From NCBI GenBank assembly GCA_020341755.1, contig CP070834.1, positions 1 to 56,436 of the forward strand: DNA of 56,436 nucleotides, read 5' to 3'. The position numbers and the translations under genes are program-made. How positions within the stretch are numbered: the stretch's first letter is position 1; every line of letters starts with the position of its first letter. The notes under the pieces were generated by a model that worked only from the letters and a program-made list of their open reading frames with translations, made no database searches and was not told where the DNA came from. Source of the stretch: a candidate division WOR-3 bacterium (GTDB lineage Bacteria; Hydrothermota; Tepidihabitantia; SM23-42). This document shows, piece after piece, positions 45,780-53,908 of the stretch.

Positions 45780-46549
45780 ATATTATCTTTGTCGTATTTG
45801 CATTTCTCTTCGGCGCGGCGATCGGGAGTTTCCTCAATGTCATCATATACCGGCTGCCGCTTGGTGCCTCCATCGTTGCACCGCGATCGTTCTGTCCTCA
45901 CTGCAAGAAACCCATCCCGGCAAAGGAAAACATCCCCATCCTCAGCTATATCCTTCTTAAAGGTAGATGTTCGGGCTGCGGGACATCCATATCCATCCAT
46001 TATCCTGCCATTGAACTCATAACCGGCGTTCTCTTTGTGTATTTCTATTTACGATATAATATAAGTCTTGAATTCTTCGCGTATGTTACCTTCAGCTGTG
46101 CGCTCATTATCATATCGGGTATCGATTTTTCTTTCCAGATCATTCCCGATGTGATTTCCATACCGGGTATTTTCGCAGGATTGGTATTTCAGCTTGCGAA
46201 GGGGAATTTCCTTCCGGCACTGGTTGGCGCCATCTTCGGAGGCGGACTCATCCTTCTTATTCGTGTCGTGGGGGGAAAGGTTTACAAGAAAGAGGTCATG
46301 GGTATGGGCGATGTATATCTCACAGCAATGATCGGAGCGTTTGTCGGATGGCCGCTCATTATTGTCGCCGTATTCCTGGCTGCCCTGACCGGCTCAATTC
46401 TAGGTATTATCTTTATAGTATCAACGCGCCAGAGCCGTGAGAGTCCCATTCCGTTTGGTCCTTTCCTGAGTATCGGAGGGCTCGGAGTAATCGTCTTTTA
46501 TTCCATCATCATAAAATTCTTTGCTATGCTCGGTGTCTATCTCCGTTAA
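45776..46549 (+). CDS. pilD: Prepilin peptidase / N-methyltransferase (A24 family)
   Basis: GSFLNVIIYRLP, the CPHC...CSGCG zinc motif, GMGDVYL catalytic Asp, multiple TM helices. Confidence 0.9.
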   Translation: MNIIFVVFAFLFGAAIGSFLNVIIYRLPLGASIVAPRSFCPHCKKPIPAKENIPILSYILLKGRCSGCGTSISIHYPAIELITGVLFVYFYLRYNISLEFFAYVTFSCALIIISGIDFSFQIIPDVISIPGIFAGLVFQLAKGNFLPALVGAIFGGGLILLIRVVGGKVYKKEVMGMGDVYLTAMIGAFVGWPLIIVAVFLAALTGSILGIIFIVSTRQSRESPIPFGPFLSIGGLGVIVFYSIIIKFFAMLGVYLR

Positions 46550-46588
46550 TCCATGCCGGGCTGACAAATCGATCCTGGCACTATACCC

Positions 46589-47506
46589 ATGAACCGTATA
46601 CTGACCATCGTCGGTCCTACCGCATCGGGTAAGACCGATCTTGCCATACGTATCGCACAAAAAACTCTCGGCGAGATAATTTCTGCGGACTCCAGGCAGA
46701 TCTACCGATATCTGAACATTGGTACTGCAAAACCGGACCGCGCCCAGCAGAAGAGTGTTACGTTCCATCTCATCGATTTCATCGAACCGGATGCACGTTA
46801 CTCGTGTGGTCAATTTGCGCGTGATGCAGAGCAGAGAATCTCATCCATCCGTCACAAGGGCAGTATCCCTATCGTATGTGGCGGCACAGGACTGTATATC
46901 AAGGCACTCTTCGAGCCTTTACATGAACTGCCGGCGTCTGACAACGAGGTTAAGACGCGATTAATCCAGCAGCTGCGCGATCGCGGAATAAACCATCTCT
47001 ACCAAAAACTCCTTGACGTCGATCCCGTGTGGGCACAGCGTGTCGGACCTCGTGACACGCAGAGGATCCTCAGAGGCCTCGAGATATATGAGATGACGGG
47101 TAAACCGCTCAGCACCCTGCTGAAAGGTAAGAGAAATATTCCAAAATACCTGCCATATTATATCGGGCTCGACCTGCCCCGTGAAGAACTCTACAAACGG
47201 ATCGATAGCCGGTTCGATACTATGATAGCAGCCGGTTTCGTGAATGAGGTGAGAGCATTATTGAAAAAAGGATTCGACCCGGGGAAAAATGCCCTCAGGA
47301 CCATCGGCTACAAAGAAATCATTGAACATCTAAGGGGTAAATGCTCTCTCCCGGATGCGGTCGCGAAGGCAAAACGGCGAACACGGAATTTCGCAAAAAG
47401 ACAGCTCACCTGGTTTGCCAGAATTCCTGGAGTCGGATGGTATGACCCGCGCGATCCGCATCTCGTCGCGCATGTGGTTAATGTTGTCAGGACGGAGATT
47501 GGGTAG
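46589..47506 (+). CDS. miaA: tRNA dimethylallyltransferase
   Basis: IVGPTASGKTDLAI P-loop, SADSRQIYR and KRQLTWF motifs. Confidence 0.92.
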   Translation: MNRILTIVGPTASGKTDLAIRIAQKTLGEIISADSRQIYRYLNIGTAKPDRAQQKSVTFHLIDFIEPDARYSCGQFARDAEQRISSIRHKGSIPIVCGGTGLYIKALFEPLHELPASDNEVKTRLIQQLRDRGINHLYQKLLDVDPVWAQRVGPRDTQRILRGLEIYEMTGKPLSTLLKGKRNIPKYLPYYIGLDLPREELYKRIDSRFDTMIAAGFVNEVRALLKKGFDPGKNALRTIGYKEIIEHLRGKCSLPDAVAKAKRRTRNFAKRQLTWFARIPGVGWYDPRDPHLVAHVVNVVRTEIG

Positions 47507-48179
47507 GGGACATTTTTTCCAGAACGATCTTTCTTACCAGGGCAATTTCCTCTTCAATTGAGAGCAGCGTAGTATCTACCTCGATCGCATCATCGGCTTT
47601 TTTTAAAGGCGAATGCTTCCGGCCCGAGTCGTAGTTATCCCGGAACTTTAAGTTTTCCACGACTTCATCAAGGGTGGCTGGTATCTCTTTTTCGGCACAT
47701 TCCCTTACTCTGCGCTGCGCTCGGACTTCCAGGTCGGCATACATGAAGATCTTGACCTGGGCATGGGGAAACACGACGGTCCCGATATCCCTGCCTTCGC
47801 ACACAACGTTCTTATCCCGGGCGACCAGACGCTGAAGGTTGACCATCCACTCGCGTACTTCACGAACAGCAGATATCGGTGATACCATTTTGTTGACCTC
47901 GGGCATTCTGATATCCAGGGTAACATCCCTCCCGTCAAGATATACCCGATTGTCATCATTGTGGGCTACGAGATCGATATGCGTGCTCCCGATTATTTCC
48001 TGCACGAGTTTCATATCAAGGGGTTCTGAACCGCCGCACCGTATGTATTTCAGAGTCACTGCACGATACATGGCGCCGGTATCAAGGTAGAAAAAGTTGA
48101 GTTCCCGAGCAACGCCCTTTGCCGTCGTGCTCTTTCCGGATCCAGCCCCGCCGTCAATGGCTACGATGATGCTTGGCAT
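47487..48179 (-). CDS. cmk: Cytidylate kinase
   Basis: IVAIDGGAGSGKSTTAKGVA P-loop and the GRDIGTVVFP motif. Confidence 0.92.
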   Translation of the reverse strand: MPSIIVAIDGGAGSGKSTTAKGVARELNFFYLDTGAMYRAVTLKYIRCGGSEPLDMKLVQEIIGSTHIDLVAHNDDNRVYLDGRDVTLDIRMPEVNKMVSPISAVREVREWMVNLQRLVARDKNVVCEGRDIGTVVFPHAQVKIFMYADLEVRAQRRVRECAEKEIPATLDEVVENLKFRDNYDSGRKHSPLKKADDAIEVDTTLLSIEEEIALVRKIVLEKMSPTQSPS

Positions 48180-49312
48180 TGATGGATGTGTCGTATCACG
48201 GTTTCCTGCTGAGGGGACATCGTCACGCCACGCCGTTCCATGACGGTCCGGGCTGTAGCGATCGCCTTATCGAGATCGTACCCGGTATGCTCCTGCGGAC
48301 TGAGCCATCGGAAACATGGTGCGTTCCTCGGCATCATACCGCCACCAAAGAAATTAACAAAGCATCCAATCACGGCTCCGGTTGGTATCAGGGTGCCGAT
48401 ACCCGTCTTGGTATGATCACCGATAAAACATCCCAGTTTCGTCATCCCACTGCTCATCGACTTACCGGCGATCTCCAGCCGCACCGGACCGTAGTTGTTC
48501 TTCAGATCGGAATTGGTGGTCAGGGCACCCAGGTTGACCCATTCGCCAATAAAAGAGTGCCCGATGAATCCCTCATGATATTTATTTGCATACCCTTGAA
48601 AAATACACTCCTCTACCTCACCGCCGATCCTGCATGACGGTCCTATGGTCGACCTCGTTATCTTTGCACGGTCAATGACACTGTTCTTACCGATATAGGT
48701 AGGACCCGAGATACTCGTGAACGGACGGATCTCGGCGCCTTCGTCGATATAGATCGGGCCGTCGGTTACATCAAGTGCCACCTGTCGGTATAGGCGTGCA
48801 CTCGCTGCAATATGGACATGCGTGCTGCTGCCGATGATATATATGTTTCGAGACGGCTTGCGCGTTTTCACACTGCTAAAGCGGGACGTGATGAGTTCGC
48901 CATTTTGGGCGATGATATCCCAGATGTGCTCAAGCACCACACCCTTGACCTCGAGCGAATCCTGCATCTGTTGCTGCGCGTCAGCGATCTCATCCAGGGT
49001 AGCAGGGTATGGTGGTTTGTGCCGAACAAAACCAACCAAACGCCCGTCATTCACGAGTTTAACATCACGCTTCACCACCGGCAGCCTTTTTGTCGGGATA
49101 AACGATGAAGCAAGATACACCTTGGGTCCATGTGATGAGATTTTTTTCTGCTGGAAATATTCACGGCAAATGAATTCTGTTGGGTTGTTAGCGTTACACC
49201 ACGCGAGTTGTTCGGCAATCGTTGCCAGTCCGATCCTCAACAGATACTGCGGATATAGGTACACAAGCGGCAGGAAATCCCCTGCCCGGTTTTCATATAT
49301 AACCGTATTCAT
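48161..49312 (-). CDS. GlmU-like sugar-nucleotidyltransferase with C-terminal left-handed beta-helix (hexapeptide repeat) domain
   Basis: N-terminal nucleotidyltransferase-like region and C-terminal hexapeptide repeats (IGKNSVI, IGPSCRIGGEV, IGDHTKTGIGTLI). ATG 49312 overlaps the upstream stop as ATGA. Confidence 0.7.
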   Translation of the reverse strand: MNTVIYENRAGDFLPLVYLYPQYLLRIGLATIAEQLAWCNANNPTEFICREYFQQKKISSHGPKVYLASSFIPTKRLPVVKRDVKLVNDGRLVGFVRHKPPYPATLDEIADAQQQMQDSLEVKGVVLEHIWDIIAQNGELITSRFSSVKTRKPSRNIYIIGSSTHVHIAASARLYRQVALDVTDGPIYIDEGAEIRPFTSISGPTYIGKNSVIDRAKITRSTIGPSCRIGGEVEECIFQGYANKYHEGFIGHSFIGEWVNLGALTTNSDLKNNYGPVRLEIAGKSMSSGMTKLGCFIGDHTKTGIGTLIPTGAVIGCFVNFFGGGMMPRNAPCFRWLSPQEHTGYDLDKAIATARTVMERRGVTMSPQQETVIRHIHQCQASS

Positions 49313-49710
49313 ATAGATAGCAATACACATGCCACAATGGCGCATGCGATACCGATAATCCTGGTGATGGTGATCGATTCCTGTAGTACGATAAAACCGT
49401 AAAGTACTGGAAACAGAACGTACAGATTGGTGAATGGCAGTACAACCGATGCGGGACCAATCCTGAGTGCTTCGTAAAATGCCAGCATAGCAATGAGCAC
49501 CACGAACCCAACCGGTATTCCATAGAAAATGTACTTATTTATCATAAGATTTCTGCGTATTAGGAGATATATGATCATGAAGAGCATGCTGGATATAGTT
49601 ATCCAGAACGTTGTACTCACTGCATTGAGGTGTTTGGCCATGATCTTACCGCCGATCGCCCATGCGCCCCATGCCACGAGGGTAATGAGGGCATATTTCA
49701 GATAATGCAT
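49309..49710 (-). CDS. Small EamA-domain (DMT superfamily) membrane protein
   Basis: 133 aa, four TM helices, single EamA-like domain. Confidence 0.7.
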   Translation of the reverse strand: MHYLKYALITLVAWGAWAIGGKIMAKHLNAVSTTFWITISSMLFMIIYLLIRRNLMINKYIFYGIPVGFVVLIAMLAFYEALRIGPASVVLPFTNLYVLFPVLYGFIVLQESITITRIIGIACAIVACVLLSI

Positions 49711-49715
49711 GGGAA

Positions 49716-49743
49716 ATTATAGTGAATACACTATCAAAGTCAA
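49716..49743 (-). promoter_or_regulatory. Sigma70-type promoter, leaderless configuration, for EamA/GlmU-like/cmk operon
   Basis: Minus strand reads TTGACT (49743-49738), 16 nt, TATAAT (49721-49716). ATG 49710 is 5 nt downstream. Confidence 0.65.
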
Positions 49744-49849
49744 GTGCAAGCATATTCCCGTAAATACATGGTTTTTAGACATATTTCACCGGTGCCCGGG
49801 GTCACGTGTGATCATCCATATACTCTGGATATGGCAAAAAGCGCCAGCC

Positions 49850-49877
49850 TTGACAAATTTCAAAATTACTCTATAAT
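49850..49877 (+). promoter_or_regulatory. Perfect consensus sigma70 promoter, leaderless configuration, for thrS-infC-rpmI
   Basis: TTGACA 49850-49855, 16 nt, TATAAT 49872-49877. ATG 49884 is 6 nt downstream. Confidence 0.68.
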
Positions 49878-49883
49878 TGACTC

Positions 49884-51779
49884 ATGATGGTCGTTTTAGA
49901 GGGAAAAAATATCGAAGTTGCCAAGGGTACGCTGGTGAGCGATCTCGTTCACGGAGAGCATGTTCTGGCAGCATATATGAATGGGCATCTCGTCGATCTG
50001 AATGCTGAAATACCGGACGGCGCTGAGCTCCGATTTGTCGATTTTTCCCACAAAGAAGGTAAGAAAGTATACTGGCATTCAGCATCGCACGTCATGGCCA
50101 TGGCAGTAAAATCACTCTTTCCCGAAGCGAAGCTGGCGATTGGACCGTCGATTGATCAAGGATTCTACTATGATTTCGATACAGAAAAGCCATTTTCACA
50201 GGATGATCTTGTACTCATTGAGAAGAAAATGGGAGAAATAGTTCAGAAAAAAATGCCATTTCAGCGGGTAGTCATGAGAAAAGATGAAGCGATCAAGCTT
50301 TTCTCACAAAAAAACGAGTCGTATAAGGTCGAATTGCTACAGGAAATTGAGGATGAACATGTCACACTCTACCAAAACGACGATTTCATCGACTTATGCA
50401 GGGGACCTCATGTACCGCATACCGGTGTCATACACGCATTTAAACTGCTGAGTGTCGCGGGTGCGTACTGGCATGGAGATGTGGAGCAACCCATGCTATC
50501 GCGTATTTATGGCATCGCCTTTACCCAAAAAGCAGACCTCAACGTATATCTTGAGAAACTCGAAGATGCGCGGCAGCGAGATCATCGCAAATTAGGGAGT
50601 GAACTTGAACTGTTCACGATATTCGAAGAAGCAGGCGCCGGGCTCGTATACTGGCATCCAAAAGGAGCTTTCATCAAACGTTCCATAGAAGAGTATTGGA
50701 TAGAAGAGCATATTGCAGCAGGCTACCAACTGGTCTCTACCCCACACATTGCACGCGGTCATCTCTGGCATCGGTCTGGACATTACGATTATTATCGCGA
50801 CAACATGTTCGTGGTACCGGTTGATAAGGAAGAATACATCCTGAAACCGATGAACTGCCCAGGCCACATTTTGATTTTTAAATCAAAGGTGCGTAGTTAT
50901 AAGGACCTTCCCCTGAAATTCGCCGAGCTGGGACAGGTCTATCGTCACGAACTGTCCGGTACTCTCCATGGGCTGCTGCGTGTGCGCGGCATCACCATCG
51001 ACGACGGACATATTTTCTGTCAGCCGCAGCAGATCGAGGATGAGATCGTCAAGGTACTCGAATTGACGATGAGAATGCTCCGGAAATACGGTTTCGAGAA
51101 TTTCAAAATTGATCTCTCAGTGCGCGATGAGCATAAAAAGGATAAATACCTCGGCACTGATGAGGAATGGGCACAAGCCGAACAAGGCTTGATCTCGGCG
51201 TTGCAGCGCACAGGTCTCGAGTACGAGAAGCAAGAAGGTGAAGCGGTCTTTTATGGACCGAAGATAGACATAAAACTACTCGATGCGCTCGGACGGGAAT
51301 GGCAGGCAACAACGATTCAATTCGATTTCAATCTGCCAAAACGCTTCAAGATCGAGTACATGGACCAGGGCGGCAAGCTCAAGGAAGTCGTTGCGATCCA
51401 CCGTGCAATATACGGGTCGCTGGAGCGCTTCATCGGGTGTCTTATCGAACATTACAAGGGTTCGTTCCCGCTCTGGTTAGCGCCGATACAGATCATGGTT
51501 CTGCCGATCACGGATAAACAGGCAGTCTATGCCGGCACGGTCCTGCAGGAATGTCTGAACATGGGACTCCGGGCTGAGTTGAATAACAAATCTGAGCGCA
51601 TTGGTCAGAAAATACGGGAAGCCGAGGTGCAAAAAATACCCTACATACTCATCGTCGGCAAAAAAGAGGTGGAAAATTCCACGGTTGCGGTGAGAAAGCA
51701 CGGGAAAGGAGATATCGGTGCAATGCCGTTAAAGGATTTTCTGAACGTGATAAAGGAGGAACAAGGAGGTGACAATTAA
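49884..51779 (+). CDS. thrS: Threonine--tRNA ligase
   Basis: TGS domain N-terminus, class II motifs (FAELGQVYRHELSG, RGITIDDGHIF), anticodon-binding C-terminus. Confidence 0.95.
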   Translation: MMVVLEGKNIEVAKGTLVSDLVHGEHVLAAYMNGHLVDLNAEIPDGAELRFVDFSHKEGKKVYWHSASHVMAMAVKSLFPEAKLAIGPSIDQGFYYDFDTEKPFSQDDLVLIEKKMGEIVQKKMPFQRVVMRKDEAIKLFSQKNESYKVELLQEIEDEHVTLYQNDDFIDLCRGPHVPHTGVIHAFKLLSVAGAYWHGDVEQPMLSRIYGIAFTQKADLNVYLEKLEDARQRDHRKLGSELELFTIFEEAGAGLVYWHPKGAFIKRSIEEYWIEEHIAAGYQLVSTPHIARGHLWHRSGHYDYYRDNMFVVPVDKEEYILKPMNCPGHILIFKSKVRSYKDLPLKFAELGQVYRHELSGTLHGLLRVRGITIDDGHIFCQPQQIEDEIVKVLELTMRMLRKYGFENFKIDLSVRDEHKKDKYLGTDEEWAQAEQGLISALQRTGLEYEKQEGEAVFYGPKIDIKLLDALGREWQATTIQFDFNLPKRFKIEYMDQGGKLKEVVAIHRAIYGSLERFIGCLIEHYKGSFPLWLAPIQIMVLPITDKQAVYAGTVLQECLNMGLRAELNNKSERIGQKIREAEVQKIPYILIVGKKEVENSTVAVRKHGKGDIGAMPLKDFLNVIKEEQGGDN

Positions 51780-52290
51780 GCATTTACCAAGAGTAAACAG
51801 GCAAATTAGAGCCCAGCGAGTCAAGCTCATCGGTAAGGACGGTCAGGTGCTTGGTGAGTTCCACATCAGGGAAGCAATGAATATGGCGCGTCAGGAAAAG
51901 CTCGATCTGGTCGAAGTGGCACCAAATGCACGACCACCAGTATGTAAATTGCTCGATTTCGGTAAATATGTATATGAAAAAAAACGACAGGAGCGTCTCG
52001 CACGCAAGCATCAGCACAAAACCACTGCCCGGGGAATGAGATTTTCCTTGAAAATCAGCGAACACGATTATCAGGTGAAGCTCACAAAGGTCAAGGAGTT
52101 CCTTATGGACGGCGACCGTGTCAAGGTCACCCTGCGGCTGAGAGGCAGAGAAATGGTCCATGCTGATATGGGGATGAAGGTTATCGAAAGGGTCGTTACA
52201 GATCTCGCAGACCTGGGAAAAATGGAAAAACCTCCAATGAGAGAACGTAATTTCATCTTCGTGACCATTCTCCCGGACAAAAGGAGATAG
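51769..52290 (+). CDS. infC: Translation initiation factor IF-3
   Basis: RVNRQIRAQRVKLIGKDGQVLG..., PPVCKLLDFGKY. The start is either GTG 51769 or in-frame ATT 51775. Confidence 0.92.
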   Translation: MTIKHLPRVNRQIRAQRVKLIGKDGQVLGEFHIREAMNMARQEKLDLVEVAPNARPPVCKLLDFGKYVYEKKRQERLARKHQHKTTARGMRFSLKISEHDYQVKLTKVKEFLMDGDRVKVTLRLRGREMVHADMGMKVIERVVTDLADLGKMEKPPMRERNFIFVTILPDKRR

Positions 52291-52294
52291 ACAT

Positions 52295-52483
52295 ATGGCA
52301 AAGCAAAAAACAAAAAGGGCACTGGCAAAAAGGGTGAAAAAGAAGAAAAGTGGCGTAATTATGCGCAGTAGGGCAGGAAAAGGTCATTTATTAACCGGAA
52401 AAACTAAGAAACGTAAACGAAGATTACGCCAAAAAACGACTATTTCAAAGTCCGATGCCAAGAAAATCAAGGGTCTGATATAG
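52295..52483 (+). CDS. rpmI: 50S ribosomal protein L35
   Basis: MAKQKTKRALAKRVKKKKSG...GKGHLLTGK, conserved position after infC. Confidence 0.93.
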   Translation: MAKQKTKRALAKRVKKKKSGVIMRSRAGKGHLLTGKTKKRKRRLRQKTTISKSDAKKIKGLI

Positions 52484-52489
52484 CGATAA

Positions 52490-52517
52490 TTGACAAAAAT
52501 AGCGTTATGTATATAAT
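52490..52517 (+). promoter_or_regulatory. Perfect consensus sigma70 promoter (internal) for rplT-pheST
   Basis: TTGACA 52490-52495, 16 nt, TATAAT 52512-52517. Confidence 0.65.
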
Positions 52518-52537
52518 TTGAGAAAGGAGTACTTTTT

Positions 52538-52891
52538 ATGCCGAGAACGAAAAATACGCCCACAACCCGCAAAAGAAGGAAAAAGTGGCTGAAAGAAGCC
52601 AAAGGCTACTGGGGTGGCAAACACAAACTGTATAAAACTGCTCGTCTGGCGGTCATGAAAGCATGGTTATCTGCCTATCGGGAAAGAAAACGCAAAAAAC
52701 GGGTATTTCGGAGCCTCTGGATCACACGCATTAATGCTGCCCTCAAGCAGCATGATGTAAAATACTCCGAGTTCATCCACGCTTTGAAAAAAAATGAGAT
52801 AGACCTGGACAGAAAAACGCTCGCTGCGCTCGCGTACGAGCACCCCGATGCGTTCGACCGTCTGGTCGTGCTCTGTAAAGGTAAAGCATAA
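52538..52891 (+). CDS. rplT: 50S ribosomal protein L20
   Basis: MPRTKNTPTTRKRRKKWLKEAKGYWG... Confidence 0.95.
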   Translation: MPRTKNTPTTRKRRKKWLKEAKGYWGGKHKLYKTARLAVMKAWLSAYRERKRKKRVFRSLWITRINAALKQHDVKYSEFIHALKKNEIDLDRKTLAALAYEHPDAFDRLVVLCKGKA

Positions 52892-52906
52892 CAGGTAAGG
52901 CGTACT

Positions 52907-53908
52907 GTGGAAGAAAAACTCGAACAGCTGAAGCGAGCGATTCAAGAATCCCTGGAAACGGCACACAATCAGGACGAACTCGAGACGGTAAGAATTCAAT
53001 ACCTGGGCAGAAAAGGTGAGATAAATCGGCTGTTCAAGGAAATGGCACAGTATTCCGAACAGGAACGCAAGATGTATGGTCAGAAGATCAACGCACTGAA
53101 AACAGAACTCATGACCTCGATCACTGATCGCGTGAAACAGTTTGGGGTCACATCCGGAGATGAGTATGATCTTCTCTTACCCGGGAAAATACCCTTTGTT
53201 GGTCACGCCCATCCACTAACCCAGGTATTCAACGAACTGGTCACATTTTTCACGAGTTTTGGTTTCAGCGTCGCGACCGGTCCTGAGATCGAATATGATT
53301 GGTACAATTTCGAAGCACTCAACATCCCAAGGGACCACCCGGCACGCGACATGTTCTCGAGTTTCTATATTCAAGACGATCTGCTCTTGCGCAGCCATAC
53401 ATCCCCAGTACAGGTCCGGGTCATGGAAAAACAGAAACCTCCGGTAAAGATCGTATGTCCTGGAAGATGTTACCGATACGATGCATTCGACGCAAGTCAC
53501 TCACCGGTTTTTCACCAGCTCGAGGCACTCTACGTAGACAAAAATGTCAGTTTCGGAGAACTCAAGTGGATATTGTGCGAATTTGTCAAGTTCATGTTCG
53601 GACCTAAAACCAAATATGAACTGCGGCCGTCTTTCTTTCCATTTACCGAACCATCGGGCGAGCTGGCGATCAGTTGCACGATCTGCAACGGTGATGGGTG
53701 TTCGGTCTGCGGAAACACCGGCTGGCTCGAACTGATGGGTTGTGGTATGGTGCATCCTGAAGTCCTGAAGAGCGTGAAGATCTCACCAAAACAGTATACA
53801 GGATATGCCCTGGGCATGGGAATAGAGCGGGTTGCCATTATCAAATATGTTATCGATGATATCAGAACGTTTTATAACAACGATATGAGATTTCTGGAGC
53901 AATTTTAA
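52907..53908 (+). CDS. pheS: Phenylalanine--tRNA ligase alpha subunit
   Basis: HPLTQV, DHPARDM, FRPSFFPFTEPS and GMGIERVAI motifs. GTG start. Confidence 0.95.
   Translation: MEEKLEQLKRAIQESLETAHNQDELETVRIQYLGRKGEINRLFKEMAQYSEQERKMYGQKINALKTELMTSITDRVKQFGVTSGDEYDLLLPGKIPFVGHAHPLTQVFNELVTFFTSFGFSVATGPEIEYDWYNFEALNIPRDHPARDMFSSFYIQDDLLLRSHTSPVQVRVMEKQKPPVKIVCPGRCYRYDAFDASHSPVFHQLEALYVDKNVSFGELKWILCEFVKFMFGPKTKYELRPSFFPFTEPSGELAISCTICNGDGCSVCGNTGWLELMGCGMVHPEVLKSVKISPKQYTGYALGMGIERVAIIKYVIDDIRTFYNNDMRFLEQF

Noticed and set aside
49711-49883. Expected T-box or operator-type regulatory leader upstream of thrS, and likewise before pheS at 52892-52906
   Set aside because: The thrS ATG sits 6 nt after the -10 box, and pheS follows rplT by 15 nt. 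No leader long enough for such elements exists.
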